A DNA stretch of 64,000 nt from Narcine bancroftii (lineage: Eukaryota). The translations under genes were made by a program, and so were the position numbers. Within the stretch, counting starts at the first letter, position 1; every line of letters begins with the position of its first letter. The stretch is from NCBI RefSeq assembly GCF_036971445.1, contig NC_091477.1:99324001-99388000 (forward strand), given 5' to 3'. Below the pieces are notes generated by a model, which ran no database searches, was not told the DNA's origin, and saw only the letters and a program-made list of their open reading frames with translations. Positions 38,811-53,257 of the stretch are shown piece by piece.

Positions 38811-40412
38811 TCCTGATCTGATTTGACCTGACTTGATTGTAATTTCTGAAAAGTTAGTAAAATTCAGAGCTCAAATCTTAAGCAAGAGGTATATATTAAA
38901 CATATTGATGCGTCATTAACAACCTTAGAAATTAAGACAGTACATTATAATCTTTGCAAAAAAAGTGACTAGATTTTATGACCTCAATATCCATTCACAA
39001 AAAGTGGTTACAATAAAACATGAAATGCTGTATTTTCACTTTAAACAGTGTGTTGAAATAAATCCAATGAAATGTAAGAGGACCAAATGAAAGAGGTTAA
39101 AAATGGAAAGCAAATATTTTATACATTGGTTTATCTGTCACAACATTACACACTAATAAAAGTAAACAAAAATAATGACTTAATCTTTAAAATAGAAGCA
39201 ACATTGTTCTTAGATTTACAGAATGAAAAGATTCAGAATGGTTGTTACTGGTTTTAAGATGAAGTATATTTTGCTCAAATATGAATATTCAATGAGTGCA
39301 AATCAATGTGGAGAATTAGTTGAAGACAACTTCTGTACATTATCAGTAATACTTGAAAGAAAATGCAACCCTTGTCATGATTAATTGGTACAGAAATACC
39401 TCTGTGTCCCTTTGAGGATTCAATGATGTTGCAGCAACTCGGTACCTTGATTAGCATGGTAATTTAATCATCCATAATACTCCAGTTTCACATCTTGTAA
39501 GTCAAAGGCAGCAAGACTTCAACAACATATCAGGCTGTTGGATGGCCCAAAATGCATTCCAGACAAGGTCAAAGGCAAATGGCATTTCAAAGCAATCAGA
39601 CCATGAAGCTAGTTTAAATATAATCTATCCCTCGTGAATGATAATCATAAAGACCAACATGGAAAATTGAAAGTTGCCCTCCTTTGATTTTCCATTTATA
39701 GATACTAGGTATTTTAGTAATCAGAATATGTCCGCAACCAACTGCTTGACAATACTTAGTGTGATTTCATGGAGATTCTGAAGAATAATTCCTTTAATGG
39801 GTAAGAAACCTCATGTATGATTCACTGTTGATTGACTTGTTAGTAAAATCCCTGACAAGCAATTTTGAATTCCACAACTTAATTATTACTAATTAGAACA
39901 CACATCCATACTAGACATGCAAACTTAATGTGCAATAATAATTTGAGTTGCAGACATCATGTATGTGCAGAAATATTTGCTGAATTGAGTTAATTTCACC
40001 ATGGGAAGAACATTAAATATCATAAGAAAAGGACATTCAACTGTTTGAATTGCTTTGTGCGTAGGCTCAATTTTAGATCTATTTGAACCTTTATTATAGT
40101 TTCCTTTGCTAAACCATGCAATATGCATAGTGCCATAGATGTAAAGAAACTTAAGTAGGCCTTGCCAGTATATAGTAGGAATAAAAATACATATATCCAA
40201 GGATGTAATAGTATGAGTTTGTCAAAGGAAAAGACATTGACACAACTAACATAGAGTAATGTTTTTCAGAAGGTTAAGACAATAGATACTCTGTGGGAGA
40301 GGACAACGAAGCTCGTAACTATAATATCTGATCTATAAAGAGGACTGTATATTTGAGGGAAGAGAAAGCTGAGGCAGATGTTATTAAGAGGCATAAGGGA
40401 ATAGATAAATCA

Positions 40413-40756
40413 CAATGTTCCCTTTAATTTTTTAGTCATGAATGTGCACAAAAATTTTACATTGTGCATTTTTTTTCCCTGTGACAAAAGTATGTGCACC
40501 TTGAAGCCTGTGCAAATGTAAACTTGAAATTGTTGCAAGATAATTTTGGCACAGCTTCTCTCTCATGGCTAATAAAACTGTATTGGCATGTTTTAATATA
40601 AGTAGGATAGCTAAGAAATTATTTTCTATAAGTATAATTATTAATTACTGCATTATTTTAGGTAACTAACTTTTGGTCCGCACATTAATTTCCTTCGTGC
40701 GCTGGTTGCAAAACGTGTGTGTGCGCGCTCACGCGCACAGCTTAGAGGGAACAGTG
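40413..40756 (+). mobile_element. hAT MITE
   Basis: TIR CAMTGTTCCCT, 8-bp TSD ATAAATCA/ATAAATTA. A second copy lies at 59754-60138. Confidence 0.8.
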
Positions 40757-41489
40757 ATAAATTACCCTTAAACTATTTCAGCTCACACAAATTCTAGAAG
40801 CTGAGTCATCGGTTCAAGTTTAGAAAAGGTACTTTACATAGAGAGTGATGAATAATATGGAACAGATTATAAGGAGGCAGATAGCACAGAAAATTATAAG
40901 GGAAAAAAGATATTTGAGAATGTAGGTGATTGGGAAATACTAGTTTCTGGGGATTTAGATGGATTTTGGTGTCCTTTTCAATCTTGTACTTAGCTATGTC
41001 CATTGCTTACTGAATCTGGAATTGAACTAATCACTGATGGTACATGTGTTACTGTCCCCATTTCTCCTTGATGACAATTTTGCAGCTAGTAGAGTTGATT
41101 AAACATGACAAAAACAAGTTTTATTTTCTTATCAGTATATTATTCAGAATCTTGGAAAAGTTCAAAGTGCACAAAAGATATGATAATATACAAGATATTC
41201 ATTTGGATAGGATGCAATTTTTATTTTAATAACTCCTTGATGTTTTTAGTTCACCTGAACTGTGGAACTTTGGTGATTAGCAATGTCCCTGTTTGCTGTT
41301 ATTCTACAGTATCTTAAAAGAACTTGAATTTTCTTGAGACTCCAAGGGGAAAGAAATTCTATCTTAATCATTTGTACGGATGACATGTGTGTTGTAAGAA
41401 TTGCACAGTGAAACCTACTTCTGATTCCAATGAATGCAGATAATTGAACAATAAACCTTCAGTTTCAACTTATTATCTCCAAATCCCTC

Positions 41490-42165
41490 CAGAGTGTAGG
41501 AATGGGAGTCTGAAGTACATGGACATGTGGCTGAGCATTTGGTCCAGGAGATATAGGTTCAGATTTACAAACAATTGGAATTCTTTGAGGGCAAAAGTAA
41601 CCCATGAAAGGGACATGGATTAAACCCCATCAAGCCTTGTCCATCATTCAAATCATAACCAATGTATTTTTTTCCTCAACCATTTCTGCCAGCTCCCCAT
41701 AACCATTGGCAGCCTTACCAATCATGAACTGATCAAACTCTGGTTAGACAGGGGATAGCAATAGTTGGAAAGTAGGAGCATGACTGCCACATGGGAGGTG
41801 GTGAAGTATGATCAAGAAGGTCCAGGATGGACATATTTTAAGTTGGGTATAGGGCAGAAATGCAAGGTAAGGGAACCCTGGTTAACAAGAGATATATTTG
41901 GGCACAGATCTGATACTGGTTTGAGGGAATCCCTTGACGAGTATGAGATGTTGGAGCATAGTGAAGAGGGAACATAGAACATTACAACATCATGGGCTGA
42001 AGGGCCTATACTGTATCGACTGATATGAACCTACTCAATAAACTAAACCGTCCCTACTTTACACTCATAATCTTTTATATTTCTTCTATCCACGTGCCTG
42101 TCTAAGATTCTTTTAAAAATCCCTATTGTACCAGCCTCCACCACCACTCCTCGTAATGCATTCAT
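41490..42165. mobile_element. CR1 fragments in both orientations
   Basis: WLSIW..GFRF (ORF1-like), REPWLTRDI (ORF2-like) and a reverse CR1 tail from 41975. Confidence 0.5.
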
Positions 42166-42322
42166 TGCTTAAGGTGGTATGTGGGCAGAAAGAAAGTTTG
42201 AAAGGCACTGTTATAATCATACCTAATTGGCTCATTATGTACATAGTTTCATAACTCCAAAGGAAATAGGCCAATGACAAATTTTCTCAAGCAAAATAAT
42301 TCAGTAACCATTGGGTCAAGAG

Positions 42323-42450
42323 CAATGGTTCTCAACCTTCTTTTTCCACTCACATTCCACCTTAAGCAATCCCTTACTAATCACAGAGCACCTATGGCAA
42401 AGGGATTACTTAAAGTGGTATATGAGTGGAAAAAAGGTGGAGAATCACTG
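42323..42450. mobile_element. hAT/Charlie-like short palindromic MITE
   Basis: caatggttctcaacctt..aaggtggagaatcactg; the same family occurs at ~21330-21400, ~42165-42210 and 63900-64000. Confidence 0.7.
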
Positions 42451-43129
42451 ACTAGCCCACACTGCTTAAAATAAATATCTTTTTTTTTAAAGTATATCAC
42501 AGCTAGAGCAGATGCCTTTGAGATTTACAATGATGAAATGAATGAGAAGGAGATTTAGAATATCAAACAGTACAGCGCAGTGAGGGCCTTTCTGCCGACC
42601 CATATTAATGTACTTCACATCAATCAAATCGTTTCTGTCTTCTATCTGCAGGAAATTATTTCAGCACATGCCCAATCCTGAAGATGACATGCCAGGATTG
42701 CAGCCCTGGGGACCTGGTTGTTCAGGAGGAGCAACAGAAAATTAAGATTTTTACTTTTATAGACTGCCACCAGCCTAGTTCCAGATACTAAAGAATGGCA
42801 CGAAATGAGGTCTAGCCTTGTTGAAACACAAGAGGCTTGTGGCCCACAAGCAGGGTATGGGAGAGGAATACCACAAACCAGCCCTCTAGATGGTGTGGAA
42901 ACAAGTTTTAGTTCAGAAGACTGAGATGATAACTTTGAAATAGTCGAGAGATAAAAGTGGGTGATGTGAATAATGAAATGTTGGTTCATTCAAAACCCAA
43001 TCAAAAACCATTTATCTGCAATAAGGGAGCACTGAGAAGTTTTAAAAAGCAGCAATAGCAATTATTTGTATCCAAGAACAAAATGTCAGTGACTCTATTT
43101 GTGGATATGACTACGAATTAGTCATCCAT

Positions 43130-43820
43130 TGATCACCTCAAATGCCATGAGCTCTTTCCCGAATGGGGACCTTACGCATGTCCTTCTTCCTTCAATTGAG
43201 ATCTTTTCGAGACTAGGGTGGCTTTTCTGCACTGGATGGGGTACTGGTGAGACCACACCTTGAGAACTGTGTGCAATTCTGGTCTTCTGACTTGAGAAAG
43301 GATATATTGGTTTTGATGGCAATGCAGAGGAGGCTCACAGGTTGATTCCAGAGATGAGGCAGTCAGTTGAAGAGGAAAGATTGGATTATCTGGGATAATA
43401 CTCACTGGAGTTCAGAAAAATGAGAGGGATTATTATAAAAACATGCAAAATTATGAAAGGGATGGTTAAAATAGAGGGAGGAAAGTTATTTCCACTAGCA
43501 AAAGTGACTGGCCGGAAGGGATATAGTCCCAAGATTTAAGGGAGTAGATCTAGGATGGAGATGAGGAGAAACTGCTTTTCCTAGAGATTAATCAACCTGT
43601 AGAATTTTCTATCCAAGGAAGCAATAGAGCCTGCTGCAGTAAATCTATTTCAGACAGAATTAAATAGGCTTTTGCAATAGTAGGGGAAATTAAGGGTTGG
43701 GTAAAAAGTCAGGTAGGTGAAGCTGAGTCCATGGCCAGATCACCCATGATCTGACTGACGATGGAGCATGCTCAATCGGCCAGATGGCTATCTCCTGCCC
43801 TTATTTCTCATGTTCTTATC
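43130..43820 (+). mobile_element. CR1 LINE 3' end
   Basis: [20 protein letters not shown] motif and CR1 3' UTR. Confidence 0.8.
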
Positions 43821-43961
43821 ATTTCTATCCAGGTCCTGAAATCGTAGCTTTCTGCCAGCCATCCTGCAGTTACGGAGGAGACCTTCACTGGGACAAAGGT
43901 GCTTGGACAACTAGCACCAATGATCACCTCCTCCATGCGGATGTTTTATTCTGTGATAGAC

Positions 43962-44588
43962 TGTAATGGAAGATTTAAACTTACTTTTGCAGCCTTTGCA
44001 AGGCTGAGAACCTGCTTGTTGCTTATGAATTAGTAGACATTATCTAAATTTACAATATGGGGCCCAGGGATACATATGAATCAGTAGACATTATCCAACT
44101 TCCACCATGAGGCCCAGAGATGCAGTTATCTTTTGTTGGTTGCAGACTGTCAGGAGACCTTGAAGATAATTAAATCATTTGTTCAAAGAGATAAGATCTG
44201 AAGTAAACAACTTTTGGGTAATATAAGCCATGGTCTCACTGCTGAAGTTTGAGACTCTCCAAGAGGTGGCAACATCTCTCAGCAAGAAGAAGAACTTCAA
44301 GATTCCAATCAACGTCCCGGTCCGGGGAGGTGGAGAAGCTGCTACCGGCGCCCAGACAACCTACTACAAGTGTGCAGTCATCACCTCGCTTTGGCAGTTG
44401 GGACCAGTCCAGGCATTGATAAGTATAATTGGGAAGGGTTTGCATATTGTAGTGTGAATTCAGCTAGCTATTTAGTAATAAAGACTTGTATAAACTGAAC
44501 TGCTCTCGGTGTGTGTGTGTCTATTTTCTTTTGGTAGCTCAAACACTGTGACCAATCTAAAACGAACAAAATGAGAGGTATAAGTCCA
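43962..44588 (+). mobile_element. Solo LTR (~630 bp)
   Basis: TG..CA termini with flanking AGAC, TATA-like ATATAAG ~44221, AATAAA ~44477, internal ~50-bp duplication at 44025-44125. Confidence 0.65.
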
Positions 44589-45429
44589 AGACACAGACTA
44601 AAGCAAATTTCATGTAATATTACAGCTGTTTTAAAACATGATAATAAAGGAATCTAGAATCTTGATAGGTCTTACAGTGTGCAGCCACCACAGATGTAGG
44701 ACTGGTTCATGTTCCACGGAATTTCTGGAATGCAAACATTATTGCATCACTTTGAGAATTTGTTCTAAGTCTTTGTTAGAAGAATACTGCATGTGTGAAC
44801 ATGGGGTATCCACTGGAGTCATCAGCCATGTTTTCAACCAATAACTCATATTGTCCACAAATAAACCTGACATACAGAACATTGGCACAAATACAATTGG
44901 TACAGTGGAGTTCCAAAGAAAGAAGGCATCATAACTGCTGCTTGACTACAGTCTATGGCCATGTGGACAATGAGGAAGTGCAATCTCTTTTAGTTTCAAT
45001 ATGGAACCAACTTAACAAAGGGTCTCTGCAAACAGTCAAAACCTTTGTGCTCTCTCTTTGCTGCTCTTTGGCAAGTGCAAATATTGGCATGTTGACCATC
45101 AGTAGCCAGTATTACAAAGTGGATGGAACCCTGTGATCTGTTCAAAAAATGTCTGGTTTCAGACTGGAAGGAGTCGAGTTTATAGCCTCACTCAATTTTA
45201 CATTATCTGGCAAAGCAGTGCTTGCCCTTCTCCTGATTTGGAATGATAATTGCAGCAAGTGACTGATTTCTCTAAGAGTGAGCATAATGGTGCAAACATC
45301 TTCCATCTTATCCTTGGCTTGGGTTGGGCAAAAAAATATGTCAGCGGATTAATGAGTATTACCTATGAATTATTTTCTTTAAAAAAATTAGACATAGCAG
45401 AAAAGTCAATGTACTGCTTTCCATTAAAC

Positions 45430-45740
45430 CTGCTTGTTCCCCCCCCCCCACACTTTTTCTCTCTTTCCAGTTCTTCTTCCCACCTCCCCCTCATTGCCGC
45501 TGTCCCCTCCTTTCTACGCCTATCAACACTTGCCTTTGCCACCACCCCCTTCCCCCTCCTACTCTTTTGCTCGGATGCTTGCCGCCATTTTCCCATTCTT
45601 TGATGAAGGGCTCAAGCCCAAAACATCAGTTCTGTACCCTCTGCCTTTGCTACCTAAAGGACACTGTTTGACCTGCTGAGCTTCTCCAGCATTTTGTGTT
45701 TTTTTTACTTCAACCATGGTGTCTACAGAATTTTGTAATT
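45430..45740 (+). mobile_element. Penelope-like terminal fragment
   Basis: C/T-rich tract then TTGATGAAGGGCTCAAGCCCAAAAC..acctgctgagcttctccagcattttg. Confidence 0.7.
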
Positions 45741-46849
45741 TCTCATGTAGGAAGTGTCAATCTCAGGCACCAGAATTATTCTGTGATGCAACAGCAACTT
45801 TCGCACGATTTCTCAAAGCTTCAGCTTCGAGGAATTGACTTCTGAAGGAGGTTGGTGATACTTGGGAGCCAGCTATTTATTGGTTTTAAAGAGTCGAGTG
45901 ATAAAGCCTCACCACAGTGCAAAAGGTAGGCCGCGTTCACTTGGGGCTGTCAGGAAGGTACCACAGAGTGCTTGAGAAAAAACTTCCTAGCCTCTATTAC
46001 ATTACAGCTTTTAAAATGTGGATTAAGATTGTATTTTTTTAAGCTGCTCTGGAGAAAGGAGAGGTGAATTAATTTAAAGAATGACAGTTTTTGGAGTGAT
46101 CTCATTCTATGGTATAAATTCTATGATCCATGCAATTGTTTTGTTCTTGTTAAGAAAATTTGTCAATTTATTCTGCATTGGATTTTGGCAAGGAATTGGA
46201 TTACTTTCATTACTGATGAACATACACGTAGTTCCATATTACCAATTGGAATTACTGGAGTGGAAATCAAAGACTCCACACACACCCCGGTGACTGAAAT
46301 AAGTGGACTACGTCTATCTTTATTAATGTTAGGGTAATTTCACCTGCGTTATAATCTAATCTAATCTATAATGTTTTCCTCAAAATATGTCACCAGTGTT
46401 TCCAATTCCAATTGGAATTTTAAAAATAAATTGCATTACAAGTGGTCAGTAGGTGAACACATGAAATAACAATTAACAAGAAACAAGTGAAATAACAATT
46501 CCAGCATGAAGTGAAAAATGTCCATATAATGCAAATTTGCCATATCATTTCAGTGTACTGCTGGCTTATGGATGAGACCTCAATAGCAAATCAAAATGAG
46601 AGCAGGAAATTGCAAAGCGATTGAATATTCTAATTCCCAGATCCCATGAAAATATGTTTTTAATTTCAGAGAAGATGTTAAAGAATCTGTAGAACCGATT
46701 CTTCCACAGATTATGTGCTGATTAGCAATTCCCTCCAATTGTTAAGTCCTTGCCAAGTGATTGGTTACAAATGTTATTTTCAAAATTAATTATTCAGGAA
46801 TATTTTTTAAGTCATGGCCAATTTCAATATCCTTTCACTTTATTTATCA

Positions 46850-47036
46850 CTACAATACTCGAATTGCAAAAAATCACTTATACAAAGAAATCCGTGTTCG
46901 TTTTAATGAAGAAATTATAACGGGTATATAATGGGCTTTCGCTTTTACAAAAATTGCCTCCAATGGGTCTTTGCTTTACGAATTTTCGGTCTACGAACAG
47001 GAATACTCTACCATTGTAAAGTAGGGTATACCCGTA
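46850..47036. mobile_element. Tc1/Tigger-like MITE fragment
   Basis: CpG-containing block ending gtaaagtagggtatacccg-TA. Confidence 0.35.
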
Positions 47037-50000
47037 TGTGACATATCAGATTGATTTTGAACTAATAACACAGAATTAAAATAATAAAATTCCAGTTTTA
47101 TTTATCTCATTATCTTCCTCATAAATTAGCCTTCTGCAATAATATTTGGCATTATGAAAAGAATAGAGCCAGCAAATCAATGATTAGATCCTCATTTATA
47201 AGTGTTAAAGAATGTTAGATGTTACTTAGAATTATTCAACTTTTGATATCAACAACTGTGCATTGTTTTGAACAACTGTTTTTAAACATAATGTATATTG
47301 AAATATTCTTCCAACTATTTGATTATTTTTAGTTCAGTTTTCTTCTCTTCATTTGGAACAGCAATTCAGAGAGTAATATAGTTTCAAACTTGCAATTTTC
47401 ACGAGTGACAACTTGTGCATAGAGTTTGAGAGTGTTGCTGCATTTTTGAAATGCTCGAGTTCTTTTTAGACAGGCCTGATGTTCCCCCTTCTCACATTCA
47501 TTCTGCCCTGTAACTTTCACAAATTCAACATCTCAGCTTGCATATTTTCTCTTCTATTATCTAATCCCTCACTATCAGTGCTACACTCTGTTAATCTGTT
47601 TTTGTATGTATTTATTTTTCATTTTGCCAAGTGTTTCCTTAAAAGATACCCCTTCACCCATTTATTTAAATGCTATAATTATTTGGAGATTTGGGGACAA
47701 TAAAAATGAATGCCAAACCTATGAAGAATTACATGATCTTCATCCATTACCTTTTCTTGCATCCAGCTTCCCTTCGAACATATCCATGATACCATGACAG
47801 ATATATTGTCAGCGTCAAGTATCTCGGGGATATTCCTTTATGCTAAATAATATGTTACATGTCTATCCTATTCATTTGGTGTTTAGTGTCTGCTATTGAC
47901 AATTCTGGGAAGATGAAGACTGCTTTAGAGAGCTACTCTGCCAAATATTTCCATTCTACTTCTTGAAATATCTTCTCCCATTTCCAATCAAATCTCTCTA
48001 TATTTCAATTCAAATCTGCTCATCCATTCAGATGCCATTACCTTCCTTATAGGTAGAAGAATGGCATTGAAGGCTGCATCCACCTCAGGATGACAGGCTT
48101 CTGATCTGTTTCATAGCCGTGATACTAATGTAGCTGGTTTGGTTTGGTTGCTGATCAACAGTGTTGATAATATAGGAGCCAGCAATAGTATTACCACTGA
48201 ATGTCAAGAATTGGAGTTGAAACCATCTGTTTGTAGATATGGATATATAGCCCGGTAACAGGCAATTTTGGTCCAATTTGTCCATGCCGCCCAGTTAACC
48301 TACACCCCAGTACATTTCAAATTTGGAAATCATTGTTATCTAGCTCTTTTTTGTGTGAATCCTACTTGCCACTTGTTAATGTCCGGATGGTGTCCAACAA
48401 CAGAACGTTGTTGCATGTAGACATGGTTGCTTCTTTTGCTGAGGAGTTTCAAATGGAATTAAACATTGTGAAATCACCAATGAACATCTCCACTTTTGAC
48501 CTTATAATGGTCTTTAATGAAGCAGATGAAGATGGTTTATCTTGGATTCTGCCTTGGGAAACCTCTGCAGCAGTGTCCTACCAATAAGCTAGTAGACCTT
48601 TAACAGCCACAGCAATCTATTTTGCAAAATATGAACCAGCCATTGGAGATCCTTTTTCTTGATAACCATTGTTTTTAGTTTTGTCTAGACTGCTTGATGG
48701 TAAATTTGGCCAAAATATGCCTTGATTTCAAAAGCTGTTATTCCCACCTTATCTCTGGATTTTGTTTAGATTAAGACCTCAATGAGATCTGGAGTGAATC
48801 TAGTGGAACCCAAACTAGTTATCAGTGACCAGTTGGTTGTTGATTAAATGTCACTTCATAGCACTGCTGTGGATATCTTGCAATGATATGATGATTGAGG
48901 GTAGGCGGGTTAGGTAATGATTTGTCCTGTTTTTATTTATGGGAACAGATAAAAACTTGGAAATTTTCTTGACTGCGGTGTAGATTCCAATATTGTAACT
49001 CTACTGGAACATGTGCACCTAGAGGTATCGGGTCATCTCAAAGTGCAATTCATCAGTAATGTTTGATGAGGAAATGTTGGGCCATGAGGTTATATAATGT
49101 GTAGATACTTAGTTCTGCTGATGGTCCACAAAACCATGTGGATGGCCACTTTTGAGCTGCCAGGTCTGTTCTAAAACGTTCTTGATCAGGCAGGGTAGTA
49201 GGTGCCACAGAAACAATGGATAAGGTGCTCCAAATAAGAAGGCGTGGTGGTCACTTCTGCTAATGCTCTCATTGACATGGATCTGCATCAAATCAATTGC
49301 TGAGGACAATTTCACGTAGGTTTATCACTTGTGTTAATTTGTTCACTGTCCGACGACCGAGTCCTTCAGGACTCATTTTAAAATCCAGCCTGACAGCTTG
49401 TTGATAATTTTTCAGATAATGGCGTAGAAAGTAGACGTCTATGCCAGTATTGCTAATCTTGAGTTTTATTCCCCTTTTAGTTGTCTGGCTCAGCACTTGT
49501 TTTAACAGCATGTTCTGTTTTCATTTCATGTTCTTTCCAGCTGAGAATGTTTTCCTCCAATTTCCCCCATTTTCACATCATTTTGTTCCATATGGTATCC
49601 ATTATTATGACTTTTTCTCTCTCCCATCTAATTATACATACTTTGCTCTTTTAATTGACACATTGATGATCTTTTATATTTCCAAATTTTTATGTTGAAC
49701 AAACTTTCAGTTTTAACCTGTTTAACCATCATGCTTAGTTTTTATGTAATCATTACCTTTCATTTCAGCACTTTTTTCTTTATTGATGTTTATTTTTATT
49801 TCAGTACCTGTATTCCATACCAATGCAATATTACAAAACTGAAATATTTCTGTGTTTTCTGTTTACTGGTGCTGATAAATCCACAACATTTGTTTCCAAC
49901 AATTTTAATTTTTAGATCAGCTTTAGTTTGAAGGAATACAGCATTCCTTTCTATTCAATCATTTTCCAACAGAAATCATTGCAAACCAATATTTCCACAG

Positions 50001-50314
50001 CCTTAGCCCATGCACAAGGAGGCCAAATACATTCCCCAATGTACAGGTCCATTGCTTTCCTTGGCTTAATACAAAACTATTCTTCATTAATTAATGCTTT
50101 CAGTTTGATACATTTTTTCTCCATCTCTAAATATATCTAACTTTGAGGATAAACATTGCTTTTCCATGCATTGCTCATGTTTGCCTAATGACCAGAGGAT
50201 TACAGCTGGCCTCTTTATAGGCCATAGCCAGTATCACTCTAAATTTTGATTTGGCCATTTATGGTCATATTCAAGCACTGCCATCGATTTTTATCCTTTT
50301 GGTTCTGATCTCCC

Positions 50315-50715
50315 ATCCACTGAAGACATTTGTGTGAGGCATTGCCTCAGGAAGGCAGCCAACACCATAAATGTCATTTCGGTCTTGCTGCTACCTTTAA
50401 GAAGAAGATAAAGCAGCCCCAAAACCAAAACTTCTCAATTCAAGAACAGTTTTTAAGCAATGGCTTTATCAGGTTCTGAACCTCCCTTACAACCCTTACC
50501 ATAAACTACTCTGGGACCATAAAAGGACTGTCTGTCCAATTGAAATGTCACATTTTTTTTACATTAATTGCAATTGTGAATGTTTTTTATCTCTATCTCT
50601 CCTTTATATTTATCATCTCTTTTTGTCCTGCAGTAATGTGATGTACCATTGCAATTGGTATATCACGTATCTATTTGACTGCACGAAGTAAGAATTTGTG
50701 TGTGAGAATAAACTC
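50315..50715 (+). mobile_element. Rex1/Babar-like 3' end
   Basis: cctcaggaaggcagccaacaccat..ttcaagaacagttt.. AATAAA tail. Confidence 0.55.
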
Positions 50716-51552
50716 ATTAATTATCACCATTAAAATAACTTTACCATCTTGTTGGTGTTTCTAAATAGTATATTCAGATTACTTTCAAATGATATTTTTG
50801 TTAACTCTGGTAATATTCCCTTCAGCTTACATAACATTTACGACAAAGAAGCCATCTGTGTGATTAGAATGATGGGTCTTTTCAAAACCATTGGGCAGAT
50901 CTTGTGCCCTGATCCCTGCCTGTACTATTAAGGTAATCCTGGAGAAATCCTATAATGACAGAGAAGAAGACTTTCAGATTGATGCTTCATAAAATCCAAC
51001 AATCTGGCTGATTTTTTTTCTTTGACTTCCCAGCTCTCAGATTGTGCAATAATGTTTTCATGATAGAGTGGATTTTTTGTTATTTAAATATTAACAAGAC
51101 ATTTTAATAGGTGTAAAGATCAACATGTAGCACTCACTTCTTTATTCCTGAATGATTATGGGGTGGGTGGGAGGGGAGATTCATTAGCTGTCAATAGTAA
51201 TGTTACTGTACATATTATTAAAACTGTTGAATACACTTTGGACCTAAATAGGGAATCCCTTGACATAAGGCTACAGTTTTTTTTTGTAATTAATCCGCTA
51301 TCCCTTCATTGTAAAGGAAACAGAGCCACAACTTTTTGTTGGCTGTTCATTTGAATAATTTCTTCATATAACCACTGCTGCTTCACTGATCATCGGATAC
51401 ATCAGCATGAGTCAAATATTTCTCGTGCTTTATTAATTACTCAAACCTGTCCTGTTTAAATCAACATGTACATCTGAAAAGGTCATTATTTTGCTCAAGA
51501 ACAGGGGTAATTGTGCACAAGTGAATTTGGTTTGAAAAATGAAATGAATGGG

Positions 51553-51936
51553 TGTGGAGGTACACCGCCAGCCTACTGCAGGGGGAAACATCTCTACCTG
51601 CAGGAGAGTACCACCGGCCTACAGCAGGGGGCAACCTCTGCACCTGCAGGAGTGTATCGCCGGCCTACTGCAGGGGGAAACCTCTGTACCTGCAGGAGTG
51701 TAAGGGGACAGGACAACACCTGGTCGGCTGCCAATCAGTTGGCCTGAAGGGATCAAGCACCACCCGGTCGGATGTCAATCACCCTCTGGGATATAAGCCT
51801 GCGCCAGCCTCCCGAGGCCTCACTCAGAGTTGCTGCAGCCACAGCCAGCCTGGCTCTGTGGAAGTCTTTGTGGATTAAAGCCTGTTGTACAGTCTTTACC
51901 TTGTGTATGTCTGATTCTGTCTAACAGCACACCACA
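51553..51936 (+). mobile_element. Solo LTR (384 bp) with three ~47-bp internal repeats
   Basis: TGTGG..CCACA termini, flanks ATGGG/ATGGT, GATATAAG box ~51790, ATTAAA ~51874. Confidence 0.85.
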
Positions 51937-52374
51937 ATGGTATAACATTCTCCAAGACATTTAAGGGATGAGTGAAAAGCTGGATAGAGGAGGTGAAAAG
52001 ATGGCAAAAAGAAAATATTCAAATGTAAGTAGAAGCAGTTGGATGTCAAATCTAATGCAGGAATTCACCCTTGATAACCTGGATACAGTGTCCCAAGCAG
52101 TTTATAAACATCACAGACAAGAATAGGTTCTGTAGTTGAATAAATTGCTGTATCTTTCAAATGCACATATAGCTTTAAAATTTTGCTCATTTCCCAAAAT
52201 CTCCATCTTCATGCTTTTCCTAAGCTCTGGTGTAAAATCACAGGCCTTGGACTACTGCAAGATTCCCTAACCATGACATTCATGTTAAGATTGCATTGTA
52301 TAAAGCCCAAAGTTATATTTCCAGAAACCAACCACTGACTGGCATTATGTAGGAAGACCACCTTGACCATTTAA

Positions 52375-53025
52375 AATTCATTTTATTGTCATGTGCATTG
52401 ATGTCCAATGAAAAGGCTTCTTCTGTGTGCTGTCCAGCAAGTCTATCCATAGCAGAATAAAGCACAGTACAGAAGAGTTACAATGAGAAATCAGTTTGAA
52501 CAGAATAAAGGCAGTACTATTTTATAAGTGTCACAGTTGGTGTAGAGGTTAGTGCAAATTATTACAGCACCGGAAATTGCATTTGAATTCAGTACTGTCT
52601 GCAACGAGTTTGTGTGTTCTCCCTGTGTCTTCATGCATTTCTTTTGGATGTTCCTATTTCCTCCAATTTTCAAAGATGTACAGGGTTAGAAGGTTCATTG
52701 GTTACGTGAGTGCATTTGCGTGGCGTGGGCTCATGGACCAAAGAACCATTTGCTATATTGATTCTACAAATTTTAAAAAAACATGAATTAGTTTAAAAGT
52801 GTGAAATTTGTTTAGTAGTTTAACAGCAGAGGGGAGAAACTGTCCTTGAATCTGGTGGTGTGTGGTTTCACGTTCTCAAATACCTCCTGAAAGGAGGAGG
52901 GGGAAGAGACCGTGGTCAAGCTAGGATAAGTCCTTTGATATGCTGGTTGAAGTTCTGAGGTGTAAATGGAGTTGATGGAGGGAAGGAAGGTTTGTGTGAT
53001 AGGTAGAGTCATGATCACAGTTCTC
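52375..53025 (-). mobile_element. Rex1/Babar 3' end with an inserted V-SINE (52530-52785, +)
   Basis: ORF 52812-53018 (LPSINSIYTS..TTRFKDSF). SINE V-domain gagtttgtgtgttctccctgtg. Confidence 0.7.
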
Positions 53026-53257
53026 TGAAGGTTAAAGCCACAATTAGACAGGCACGGACAGATAAAATGTTGGGACTGAGGAGTGCAAGTTTACTTTGTA
53101 TGTGCAACATGACCACTTTGTTTTTGAATTTCTTTGGAATATTCATTGTTGCATTGTGCATCACAGGTTATCTGCAATTCAAACAAACCAAAGCTACTCT
53201 ATACAAGATAATGTAATAAACTGGCCTGGAAGGAGCCAGAGACACTTAAATTCATAA

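Noticed and set aside
49441-50140. Hydrophobic ORFs resembling membrane proteins
   Set aside because: They arise from T-rich low-complexity sequence with no recognisable domain or splice structure.
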